Positions 1 to 9,900 of a DNA stretch of 64,000 nucleotides are shown here, in pieces (positions within the stretch are counted from its first letter, which is position 1; each line of letters opens with the position of its first letter). The notes below the pieces were generated by a model. The model was given only the letters and a program-made list of their open reading frames with translations, did not search any database and had not been told where the DNA came from. Origin of the DNA: a virus; IMG/VR virus record IMGVR_UViG_3300020733_000010, positions 114,145 to 178,144 of that record; one strand, written 5' to 3'. A program made the position numbers and the translations under genes.

Positions 1-2
1 TT

Positions 3-1751
3 ACTGGTACAGGTGTTAACATAGCCGGAACATTAAACGTTACAGGTGTAAGTAATTTAGGTCCTAACGGAAACGTTGTAATTACAGGTGGCGTCACAGG
101 ACAATATCTACAAACTAACGGCTCAGGTGGTTTATCTTGGTCTACAATTGCATCAGTTGCAATAAGTAACGGTACAAGTAACGTCACTGCTGGTACATTG
201 AACGGTAACATAACAGTGAGCGTCAGTGGTACTGCTAATACTGTTGTTTTTACAAATACAGGTGTAAACGTTGCAGGTTATGTGAATGCTACTGCAAACG
301 TAACCGGTAGTAACTTAACAACTGCTGGTATTGTTGTATCTAGTATTGCTACGGGTACTGCACCATTGACGGTATCAAGTACAACTCGTGTTTCTAACTT
401 GAACGTTTCATATGCAAACGTAAGTGATTATGGCGTTGTTACTGCACAAACAACCGGAACATTCTATCCAGTATTTGTGAATGGTAGCACAACAGGTAAC
501 TATGCTCATGCAAGTAATACAAACATAAACGTAAGTATTGCTACTGGTGCATTTAATTCAACCCTATTGGGTGGTACATTAACAACTGCTGCCCAACCAA
601 ACGTAACAAGTGTTGGCTCATTAACTAGCTTATCAATGGCTGCAAATAGTAATATAACATTGAGTGGCAGTTTATCACAAATTTTTGGTGCAAACTTGTT
701 GAGTGGTGCCTATGTAGCAGGCACATTGACTACATCAAGTCAACCAAATATTACTAGCGTAGGTTCATTATCTAGCTTATCAATGGCTGCAAATAGTAAT
801 ATAACGTTGAGTGGATCATTGAGTCAAATTTCTGGTGCAAACTTAGTTTCTGCTACATATCATGCTGGTACATTAACTACAGCAGCACAACCTAATATTA
901 CAAGTTTGGGCACATTGACAGCACTAAACGTTAATGGAGTAAGCAACGTAGGTCCAGTTGGAAACTTGATTATTACAGGTGGAACTAGTGGTTATGTATT
1001 GACTACAAACGGATCAGGTACATTGTCTTGGACTAACCCTGTAACAGATGTAGTTGCAGGATCAAATACACAAGTTCAATATAACAATGCTGGAAACTTT
1101 GGTGCAAGCGCAAACTTCACATTTAATAACACAAGTAACACATTAACTGTTGATAACTTAGTTACAAACGCTAATGCTAATATCGGTGGAAATGGTATCA
1201 TTTCCGGTGGATATTTGACATTGAGTGGCGGTATTATTGCAGTTTCTGGAACTAGTGCAGGTATCTTTACTAGCACAACGACTCAAGTTAACATGGCTTT
1301 GGCCGGTAATGTCACAATGGGTTCTACTACTGGAAATGTACTAGCCCGTGGTAACTTTACAGCCAACACAATTACATCAAATACAACCGTTTCAGCCAAC
1401 ACAATTACATCAAATAACATGGCTGCGAACAGTTTTTACACTAATCGTACACAGATATCGGCTGCTCTCACTACTACTACAGTTATTGACACCTTCCCAC
1501 TATCTTTGTACAGAACAGCTAAATACACTATAAGAGTGAACAGTGATGCGGGCTATCAGTCAATTGAAGCACTATTGGTGCATAATTCAACAGACTCATT
1601 TATCACGGTTTACGGAAGTATTTCAACGTCAGGAAGCGATATTGTATTGCTTTCTAGCGATGTTAGTTTGGGGAATGTGGAATTACTAGCAATTTCTAGT
1701 AGCACCGGTACAACAATCAATTTGATAGGAACTTATATAGCAGACACATAA
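3..1751 (+). CDS. Long repeat-rich tail fibre/virion protein, 5'-truncated by the window edge
   Basis: Frame is open from base 3 (TGTGVNIAGTLNV...) into the listed ORF 198..1751. Contains (A/S)QPN(I/V)TS(V/L)G repeats and GxxGxVLxTNGxGxLSW motifs. C-terminal IDTFPxxxYRTAKY domain is shared with the next gene. Confidence 0.8.
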   Translation, partial: TGTGVNIAGTLNVTGVSNLGPNGNVVITGGVTGQYLQTNGSGGLSWSTIASVAISNGTSNVTAGTLNGNITVSVSGTANTVVFTNTGVNVAGYVNATANVTGSNLTTAGIVVSSIATGTAPLTVSSTTRVSNLNVSYANVSDYGVVTAQTTGTFYPVFVNGSTTGNYAHASNTNINVSIATGAFNSTLLGGTLTTAAQPNVTSVGSLTSLSMAANSNITLSGSLSQIFGANLLSGAYVAGTLTTSSQPNITSVGSLSSLSMAANSNITLSGSLSQISGANLVSATYHAGTLTTAAQPNITSLGTLTALNVNGVSNVGPVGNLIITGGTSGYVLTTNGSGTLSWTNPVTDVVAGSNTQVQYNNAGNFGASANFTFNNTSNTLTVDNLVTNANANIGGNGIISGGYLTLSGGIIAVSGTSAGIFTSTTTQVNMALAGNVTMGSTTGNVLARGNFTANTITSNTTVSANTITSNNMAANSFYTNRTQISAALTTTTVIDTFPLSLYRTAKYTIRVNSDAGYQSIEALLVHNSTDSFITVYGSISTSGSDIVLLSSDVSLGNVELLAISSSTGTTINLIGTYIADT

Positions 1752-1769
1752 TGCTAAAGGAATAAAAAC

Positions 1770-4700
1770 ATGACAACAAAATATTTTAACGTTAAAGTTG
1801 GTATAACAACTGGTAATATCACACTAGATGCTGCATCCGGTAATATTACTGCTAGTAACGCTGCACTTGGTAACATTGCAACTGCTAATTACTTTAGCGG
1901 CAACGGTAGTTTACTAACTGCAATCGCTGGATCAAGTGTTACTGGACAAGTTGGTAATGCACTGATTGCTGGAACAGTCTACTCAAATGCACAACCTAAT
2001 ATTACAAGCGTTGGTACACTAACAAGTTTAACTGTTACTGGTAACGTATCTGGTGGAAACTTAACGACAGGTGGTATAGTTAGTGCGACGGGTAACGTAT
2101 CTGGTGGAAACTTAACGACACTTGGTGCGATTACTGCTATTGGTAATATTTCTGGTGGAAACTTATCAGGTACATTGATTTCTGGTACATTGAGTACTGC
2201 TGCACAACCAAATATTACAAGTACAGGTACACTTACATCACTAACAGTAACTGGTAACGTAAGTGCAGGAAATGTAAGTGGTACTTATCTAACTGGTACA
2301 TTAACTACAGCAAGTCAACCAAATGTAACAAGTTTGGGAACACTAACTAACTTGATTGTTAGCAACGGTTCTGCATACTCTAATATTTATGGTAACGGTT
2401 CTATCAATACTAGTGGTAATATTTCTGCCCCATACTTCATTGGTAACTTCCAAGGTAACATCAGCGGTAACATCGTTGTACCTGGCTCAAATACTAACGT
2501 ATTGTTTAACAATAATGGTAATGCTGGTGCAAGTTCAAACTTCTCTTATAATTACGGAACAAACATTTTAACATTGACTGGTAACTTAGTTACCGGTAAT
2601 GCAAACTTAGGTAATTTAGCATATGCTAATTATCATCAAGGTGATGGTAGTTTATTAACAAATATCACAGGTGGCAATGTAACTGGTCAAGTAGGCAACG
2701 CATTGGTTGCGGGTACAGTTTATGGTGCAACACAATCTGCAATTACTAGTGTTGGTACACTAACTAGCTTGACGGTAAGCGGAAACATCACCGGTGGTAA
2801 CATTGATACTGCTGGTGTACTAAACGTACATAATACATTGAATGCAACTGGCACAGGTACTGGTGCATTGATTGTAACAGGTGGTGCAAGTGTTACTAAA
2901 GATTTGTATGTTGGCGGTAACATTTACGTACCAAACTTAATCTCTACAAACTCAACAACTCTTGAAGTTCTTGATCCGTTGTTATATTTGTCATCTAACT
3001 CAACATATCCATACAGTTATGACATTGGTTTCTATAGTCACTTTACAGGTGGTACTGGTAATATCTATCAACACACTGGTTTGGTTCGTGACCATGCTGA
3101 CGGTGCATGGTACTTGTTCAGTAATGCAGCAGAACCAAGTGGCGGTACAGTTGATTTAGGTAACGCAAACGTAGTATTTGATACATTGAAATTGGGTAAC
3201 ATTGTTGCTACTGGATTTGCAAACGCAGCAAGTGCAAACATTACAGGTAATATTGTTGCAGGTAATATTAATGGTGGTAACTTAGTTACAGCTAATTATA
3301 TTAGTGGTAACGGTAGCTTATTGACAGCTATTGCTGGTTCAAGTGTTACGGGTCAAGTAGGTAATGCAGTAATTGCAGGTACAGTCTATACAGCAGCACA
3401 ACCTAACATTACAAGTGTAAGCACATCATTCACTGGTTTGACATTTGCTTCAAACGGCAACATCACAATGAGTGGTACATTGAGTCAGTTGAGTGGAGCT
3501 AACTTAGTTTCTGCAACATATGTAGCAGGAACATTGACTACAGCAGCACAACCTAACGTTACTAGCGTAGGCACACTAACTAGCTTAAGCGTTACTGGTA
3601 ATGTGACTACTGGTAACGTAAGTGGTACTTATTTAACTGGTACACTAACTACAGCAAGTCAACCAAATGTAACTAGCTTAGGTACATTGACTGGTTTGAA
3701 CGTCAATGGTGTAAGTAACGTAGGTCCAGTTGGTAATTTGATTATTACAGGTGGTAGCTCAGGATACTTATTACAAACTAACGGTTCCGGTGTACTAACT
3801 TGGGTAGCACCTCCTTCAACTTCTTCATTAGTTAACGGTACAAGTAATGTCAATATTCCATCAAGTGGTGGAAATGTTAATACAAGTGTTGGCGGAACTG
3901 CTAACGTATTGGTTGTTACAAGTACTGGTGCTAACGTAACTGGTACAGTTAATGTAAGTGGCAATGTAATTGCACAAAGTAAATTACTAGTTGGAACAAC
4001 TTCAACTTCATTGACTAATCCAGTCGCAGTATTTACTGGCTCTGGTGCAACTTATTCACAATTGTCAATGCAAAATCCAACCGGTACCGGTTCTGCTGAT
4101 ATTTCAGCATATGGTAATAACGGTGACGATACACAGAGTTGGGCAGACATGGGCTTTACTGGAAACAGTTTCAGTGATGCTAACTATACAGTAACAGCAG
4201 CAGGTGATGGTTACTTTTTTGTACAAGGTAATACAAGTTTTGGTGGTAACATGGTTATCGCTACTGGTAACACCGGTACTACAAAAGATATTATCTTTGC
4301 TACAGGTGGATTCCAAACAGCTAACATCAAAGCAAGATTATATAATGCAAACGGTGCATTCAGTGTAACAGGCAACATTAATGCAGGTAATGTATCAGGT
4401 GGCAACTTAGTTTCTGCTAACTACGTTTCAGGTAACGGTTCATTACTAACATCAATTACAGGAGCTAACGTTACTGGTACAGTAAGTGCAGCAACAACAG
4501 CAGGAACTGTAACAACAAATGCACAACCTAATATTAATAGTGTTGGTACACTAACAAGCGTAGCGGTTACAGGCAATGCAACAGTTGGTAACGTTAAGGT
4601 TAACGGTGGTATATTAAGTAATAGAAGTAACGTATCAATTCCTGGTACAAGTACTGATACAATTATTGATCAATTCCCTACAAGCAGTTTTAGAAGTGCT

Positions 4701-4937
4701 AAATATTACATCACTGGTAAAGGTACAGACGGATATCAATCTGCTGAAATTTTGCTAGTACAAGACGGCACGAACAGTTACATTACAATTTATGGAAGTA
4801 TCTGTTCAAATGCTACTGCGGATCTATTGAACTTCTCAAGTAACGTTGATGGAGTTAGTGGAAACGTAAGAGTATATGCAAACTCTGCAAGTGCAAGTAC
4901 AACGGTTAATTTAATACCAATCTACTTGAACGACTAA
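1770..4937 (+). CDS. Long tail fibre/virion structural protein (1055 aa)
   Basis: About 8 QPNITSxGTL-type repeats; G/N/T-rich beta-fibre composition; C-terminal IDQFPxSSFRSAKY domain paralogous to the upstream gene; SD aagga upstream. Confidence 0.8.
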   Translation: MTTKYFNVKVGITTGNITLDAASGNITASNAALGNIATANYFSGNGSLLTAIAGSSVTGQVGNALIAGTVYSNAQPNITSVGTLTSLTVTGNVSGGNLTTGGIVSATGNVSGGNLTTLGAITAIGNISGGNLSGTLISGTLSTAAQPNITSTGTLTSLTVTGNVSAGNVSGTYLTGTLTTASQPNVTSLGTLTNLIVSNGSAYSNIYGNGSINTSGNISAPYFIGNFQGNISGNIVVPGSNTNVLFNNNGNAGASSNFSYNYGTNILTLTGNLVTGNANLGNLAYANYHQGDGSLLTNITGGNVTGQVGNALVAGTVYGATQSAITSVGTLTSLTVSGNITGGNIDTAGVLNVHNTLNATGTGTGALIVTGGASVTKDLYVGGNIYVPNLISTNSTTLEVLDPLLYLSSNSTYPYSYDIGFYSHFTGGTGNIYQHTGLVRDHADGAWYLFSNAAEPSGGTVDLGNANVVFDTLKLGNIVATGFANAASANITGNIVAGNINGGNLVTANYISGNGSLLTAIAGSSVTGQVGNAVIAGTVYTAAQPNITSVSTSFTGLTFASNGNITMSGTLSQLSGANLVSATYVAGTLTTAAQPNVTSVGTLTSLSVTGNVTTGNVSGTYLTGTLTTASQPNVTSLGTLTGLNVNGVSNVGPVGNLIITGGSSGYLLQTNGSGVLTWVAPPSTSSLVNGTSNVNIPSSGGNVNTSVGGTANVLVVTSTGANVTGTVNVSGNVIAQSKLLVGTTSTSLTNPVAVFTGSGATYSQLSMQNPTGTGSADISAYGNNGDDTQSWADMGFTGNSFSDANYTVTAAGDGYFFVQGNTSFGGNMVIATGNTGTTKDIIFATGGFQTANIKARLYNANGAFSVTGNINAGNVSGGNLVSANYVSGNGSLLTSITGANVTGTVSAATTAGTVTTNAQPNINSVGTLTSVAVTGNATVGNVKVNGGILSNRSNVSIPGTSTDTIIDQFPTSSFRSAKYYITGKGTDGYQSAEILLVQDGTNSYITIYGSICSNATADLLNFSSNVDGVSGNVRVYANSASASTTVNLIPIYLND

Positions 4938-4940
4938 AAA

Positions 4941-4966
4941 TATAGGGCTGAAAAGCCCTATAAATA
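4941..4966 (+). terminator. GC-rich hairpin (tatagggct-GAAA-agccctata) overlapping a TATAAATA late-promoter motif
   Basis: Perfect 9-bp stem 4941-4949/4954-4962 with GAAA loop right after the 1770..4937 stop; TATAAATA at 4959-4966. No clear U-tract, so it could be a processing or stability hairpin. Confidence 0.5.
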
Positions 4967-4995
4967 CAATTTGATTATACAGGGAATATGGAACT

Positions 4996-6930
4996 GTGAC
5001 AACGGGTTTTACGAAGAATTTCGTAGTTAAGAATGGCTTAACTACCGGAAATATCATTTTGGATGCTGGTAGCAGCAATATTACAGCAAACACCGTTGTC
5101 GCAAACCTGTCTGTCCCTGCATCGGCAAATCTAGGTGCTGTTGGAAATATCATCATCACCGGTGGCTCTAGTGGTCAATATCTACAAACAAATGGTGCAG
5201 GTGGATTAACTTGGGCATCAGCTGGATCATCCGGTGCTATTGTTAACTCTGCTTTCATATTCAACGAATTCACTGCAAACGGTGTACAAAATGCATTTAC
5301 ATTGAGTTCAACCCCTGATAGTATTAACCAGATTCTAGTTAACTATAACGGTGTATTACAAAATCAATCAGCATATACACTAAGCGGAAACATAGTTACA
5401 TTCACAGAAACACCTGTTAATACTGCAAAAATTGATGTTATGGTTGTCACAGGTACTGCACCTGCAAATAGCCTATATATCCCACAAGGTTCTTCGGGAT
5501 CAATACAATTTACAAATAGCAGTGGTGCCCTTGCTGCTAGTGCTAACTTAACTTTTGCCACATCATCTAACACATTATCAACTGGAAACTTAGTACTATC
5601 CGGTACAGCAAACGTACATGATGTTAACATAACTGGTAACATGGTACCAACTGTTGCGAATACTTATAATTTGGGTAGTCCTACTAACTATTATAAGAGT
5701 ATCTACGTTGGTCCCGGATCGTTATATGTTGATGGACAAAAAGTTTTACAGTCAAATTCAGGAACAATCGTTGTTTCTGCTGATGTAAACCAAGATTTAG
5801 ATATTTCAACTTCAGGATCAGGTGGCATTCGTTTGAATCCAACTGGTTCTGGCATTATTTCATTGCAGGGTACAATTCAAATCCAAGGTGGTAATCATGT
5901 TACAAGTAGTGACGGTAACCCTATTGTGTTTACTAATGCAATTGACGTAGATAATATAGGTGCAACTACTACAAACGGTGATTTAACATTAGCAGGTAAT
6001 GGGTCAGGTAATGTTCACATAAACTCTAATTCAGTTGTAACTGGTACATTGTCTATCACAGGTACCGGTAACTTAGTAGTTGGGAATACAATTACTGCGG
6101 CTTATTACATAGGTAACGGAAGTCAATTAACTGGAATTGTAGCATCAACTGCTACAACCGCTAATACAGTTACGGGTAACTCACAATCAAATATTACAAG
6201 TGTCGGCACACTAACAAGTTTAACAGTTAGTGGTTTAACAACTGCTACTGGTAATATAAGAACAGCAGCAATACAAGATACATCAGGTACAACTACACTA
6301 TTAACCAAATACAATAACAATTCAGGTGATATCGGTGTTTATGGAAATATTGTAGCGGGAACTAGCGGTACAGGTAATGTAACTGCATCATATCATATTG
6401 GTAATGGTAGTTTACTATCAAGTATCACAGGTAGTAACGTAACTGGTCAAGTAGGTAATGCACTAGTTGCAGGAACAGTATACACGGCAGCACAACCAAG
6501 TATTACAAGTCTAGGTAACTTAACTATTGCTAACGTAACAGGAAACTTAACTACAACTGGTTGGTTAAGTATGCAGCAAGCAACCGAAACATTGAACACC
6601 AAAACCGGTGCTACTGGAACAGTTAACCATGATATTTCTACTGGCGCAGTGTTTATTCACACAGGGATTTCTGCGAACTTTACAACAAACTTGCAAAACG
6701 TGCCAACTACTAATAGTCAGGTTATCAGTGTTACATTATTCTTAAATCAAGGATCAACACCGTATTATGCGAATGCTGTTCAAATTAACGGTGGCGCAGC
6801 AACATTGTTGTGGCCTAGTGCAACTGCACCAACACCCACTGCAAACAGATACGAGACAGAGACATTTACATTAGTGAGAACGTCGGGCGGCGCATGGCAA
6901 GTGTATGGATCATATAACTCATTTGGATAA
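4996..6930 (+). CDS. Tail fibre/virion protein (644 aa)
   Basis: N-terminus (KNFVVKNGLTTGNI) resembles that of 1770..4937; FTANGVQNAFTL beta-repeat; C-terminal domain nearly identical in pattern to 21527..22075. Confidence 0.75.
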   Translation: MTTGFTKNFVVKNGLTTGNIILDAGSSNITANTVVANLSVPASANLGAVGNIIITGGSSGQYLQTNGAGGLTWASAGSSGAIVNSAFIFNEFTANGVQNAFTLSSTPDSINQILVNYNGVLQNQSAYTLSGNIVTFTETPVNTAKIDVMVVTGTAPANSLYIPQGSSGSIQFTNSSGALAASANLTFATSSNTLSTGNLVLSGTANVHDVNITGNMVPTVANTYNLGSPTNYYKSIYVGPGSLYVDGQKVLQSNSGTIVVSADVNQDLDISTSGSGGIRLNPTGSGIISLQGTIQIQGGNHVTSSDGNPIVFTNAIDVDNIGATTTNGDLTLAGNGSGNVHINSNSVVTGTLSITGTGNLVVGNTITAAYYIGNGSQLTGIVASTATTANTVTGNSQSNITSVGTLTSLTVSGLTTATGNIRTAAIQDTSGTTTLLTKYNNNSGDIGVYGNIVAGTSGTGNVTASYHIGNGSLLSSITGSNVTGQVGNALVAGTVYTAAQPSITSLGNLTIANVTGNLTTTGWLSMQQATETLNTKTGATGTVNHDISTGAVFIHTGISANFTTNLQNVPTTNSQVISVTLFLNQGSTPYYANAVQINGGAATLLWPSATAPTPTANRYETETFTLVRTSGGAWQVYGSYNSFG

Positions 6931-6960
6931 AATACTAGTATAGGAACAAATAAATACATT

Positions 6961-9900
6961 ATGTCATTATTAAAAGTACCCGGTTTTGCGTTAGACAGTA
7001 CAAGCAATTTTACGTTTGCTAATGCTACCGTCACGAGTAATCTGGTATCAGGTAACGCTAATCTAGGTAATGTTGTTATTGCAAACTACTTTGTTGGTAA
7101 CGGGTCACTATTGACTGGCTTACCTGCAAGCTACTCAAACACCAACGTAGCAGCATATTTACCAACATATACCGGTAATCTAACAAGTGGTAATGCTAAC
7201 TTAGGTAATTTAGTTGTTGCTAACTACCATAGTGGTAATGGATATTTGTTATCTGGAATCACTGGTGCTAATGTAACTGGACAAGTAGGTAATGCATTAA
7301 TAGCCGGTACTGTATATACTAATGCACAACCCAACATCACAAGTGTTGGTACATTAACGAGTTTAAGTGTAACTGGAAACGTATCTGCAAGTTACTTTAT
7401 TGGTAACGGTAGTCAACTAACAGGTTTACCAGCAAGCTATTCAAATACAAACGTAGCAGCATATTTACCAACATATGCAGGTGCATTGAGTGCAACAGAC
7501 ACAACAATTACTGGTAACTTGACAGTTTCTGGTAACTTTGAATATGTAAATTCAACCATACTACGAATTGAAGATCCAGTTATTGAACAAGGTGGCGGAC
7601 CAAACGCTACTGCATTGTCAAGTAACGATGGAATGGATCGTGGTCAATTATTACATTACTATACAACAACACCTGTTGATGCATTCATGGGTTGGAAAAA
7701 TAGTGCTGGTGAATTTGTATTTGCTAGTAATGCATCATTGGCAAACAATGTTGCAACAATCAACACATATGGTAATATTCACACCGGTAATGCTAACTTA
7801 GGTAACTTAGTAACCGCAAATTACTACACAGGTAATGGTTATCTATTGTCAGGCATTACTGGTGCTAATGTAACAGGTACTGTAGCAACTGCAAATAATG
7901 CAAGCTATCTAGGTGGTACAGCAGCGGCAAGTTATTTATTAACAACAGGTACAGGTAGTTCACTTACAGCACCCAATGGTGCTAATGTAACCGGAACTGT
8001 TTCATATGCAAACAACGCAAACTACTTAGGCGGTACTGCTGCTTCAGGATACTTATTGATTACTGGTACAGGAAGTTCACTAACTGCACCAAACGGAGCG
8101 AATGTCACGGGTACAGTAGCAAATGCAAATTATGCATTATATGCGGGTACAGTAACGACTAATGCACAGCCTAATATTACAAGTTTGGGTAATCTAACCA
8201 GTGCTAATATTACAGGTAACTTAACTGTAGGTAACATCAGTGGTGCAAATGCAATTAGTGCAAACTATTTTGTAGGTAATGGTAGTTTATTGACTGGATT
8301 ACCAGCAAGCTATTCAAATACAAACGTTGCAGCTTATCTACCAACATATACAGGTAACTTCAGTGCAGGTAATATATCAGTAACTACAACTGCAAACGTA
8401 AGTAACTTAGTTGTCACAAGTAATGCTAACTTAGGCGCTGTTGGTAATGTTCATATTTCAGGCGGTAGTTCTGGTTATGTATTGAGCACAGACGGTTCTG
8501 GATCATTAAGTTGGGTAGCACAAAGCGGTAGCGGCGGCGGAAGTGTAACTCCAAGTCAATATATTACAAAATATGATTTGGGAACTAATCAGTCACTAAC
8601 TAATAACACAGATAACACGGTTCACTTTGACACTTCGGTGTATGATCCGCAAAGTTGGTTCAACACAGGTACATATCAGTTTAAGCCTACTATTGCAGGC
8701 TACTATAAAATAACATTTGGTGCTTGGTTCACTACTGGTTCTAATGGTACTGGCCAACAATTCAACGTCCAGATTCGTAAAAACGGGTCAGGTCTTACTA
8801 TTGTACAACAACCTGAACTTGGAAACGTAGGTCAGGGTTTAATCGCAACTGACACTATCTACTTGAATGGTGGAAGTGATTACTTGACATTCACCGCATA
8901 TGCTAGTACAGGAACAATTTCATTAACTTCAGGCAATGGTACTTATTTTGAAGCATTCTTAATTGGTTCTGCAAGTGCAACATCGAATATTGGTAACGGC
9001 AACAGCAACATAAACGTTGCAAGTGCAAACGCCAACGTTACTGTCAGTGTCAATAATACTTCAAACATAGCAGTATTTGCAAATACTGGTGTTACTATAA
9101 ATGGTAACATAACAACATCTGCAAATAGTAATATTAATGTAGGTGGTGAGTTAGTAGTCAACAACTATAATCAACATGGTGGCGCAGGATATGCTGGTAT
9201 CATCACAATGACAAACAGTGGTGGTGGTTCTAATCCTAACAAGTTTTTACGTTTAAATAGTACTGGATCAATAGAAATAATAAACAGTGGTTATTCAGCA
9301 ACTATATTCACTTTGACTGACAGTGGTAATCTAACTGTACCCGGAAACGTTAGCGCATCAAATTATATAGGTAACGGTAGTGCTTTATCTAGTTTAACTG
9401 GTGCAAACGTAACTGGACAAGTATCTAATAGTCTAGTAGCCGGTACAGTATATACTAATGCTCAACCAAATATTACAAGTGTTGGTACATTAACTAGTTT
9501 AACCGTAACTGGAAACATCTCTAGCGGTAACGCTAATTTAGGCAATCTAGTAACTAGTAACTACTTTACTGGTAATGGCAGTTTATTAACAAGTTTAACC
9601 GGAGCTAATGTAATTGGCACAGTAGCTAATGCAACATATGCGGCTAGTGCAGGAAGTGCAACTACATCAGGTACAGTTACTACAAACGCTCAACCAAATA
9701 TTACAAGTGTTGGTACATTAACTAGTCTAACTGTTACTGCAAACATTACATCAGGTAATGCAAACTTAGGTAACTTAGTATATGCTAATTATCATCAAGG
9801 TGACGGTAGTTTACTAACAAATATTACAGGTGCCAATGTAACTGGCACTGTTGCAACAGCAAATAACGCAAGTTATCTGGGTGGCACAGCGGCAGCAAGC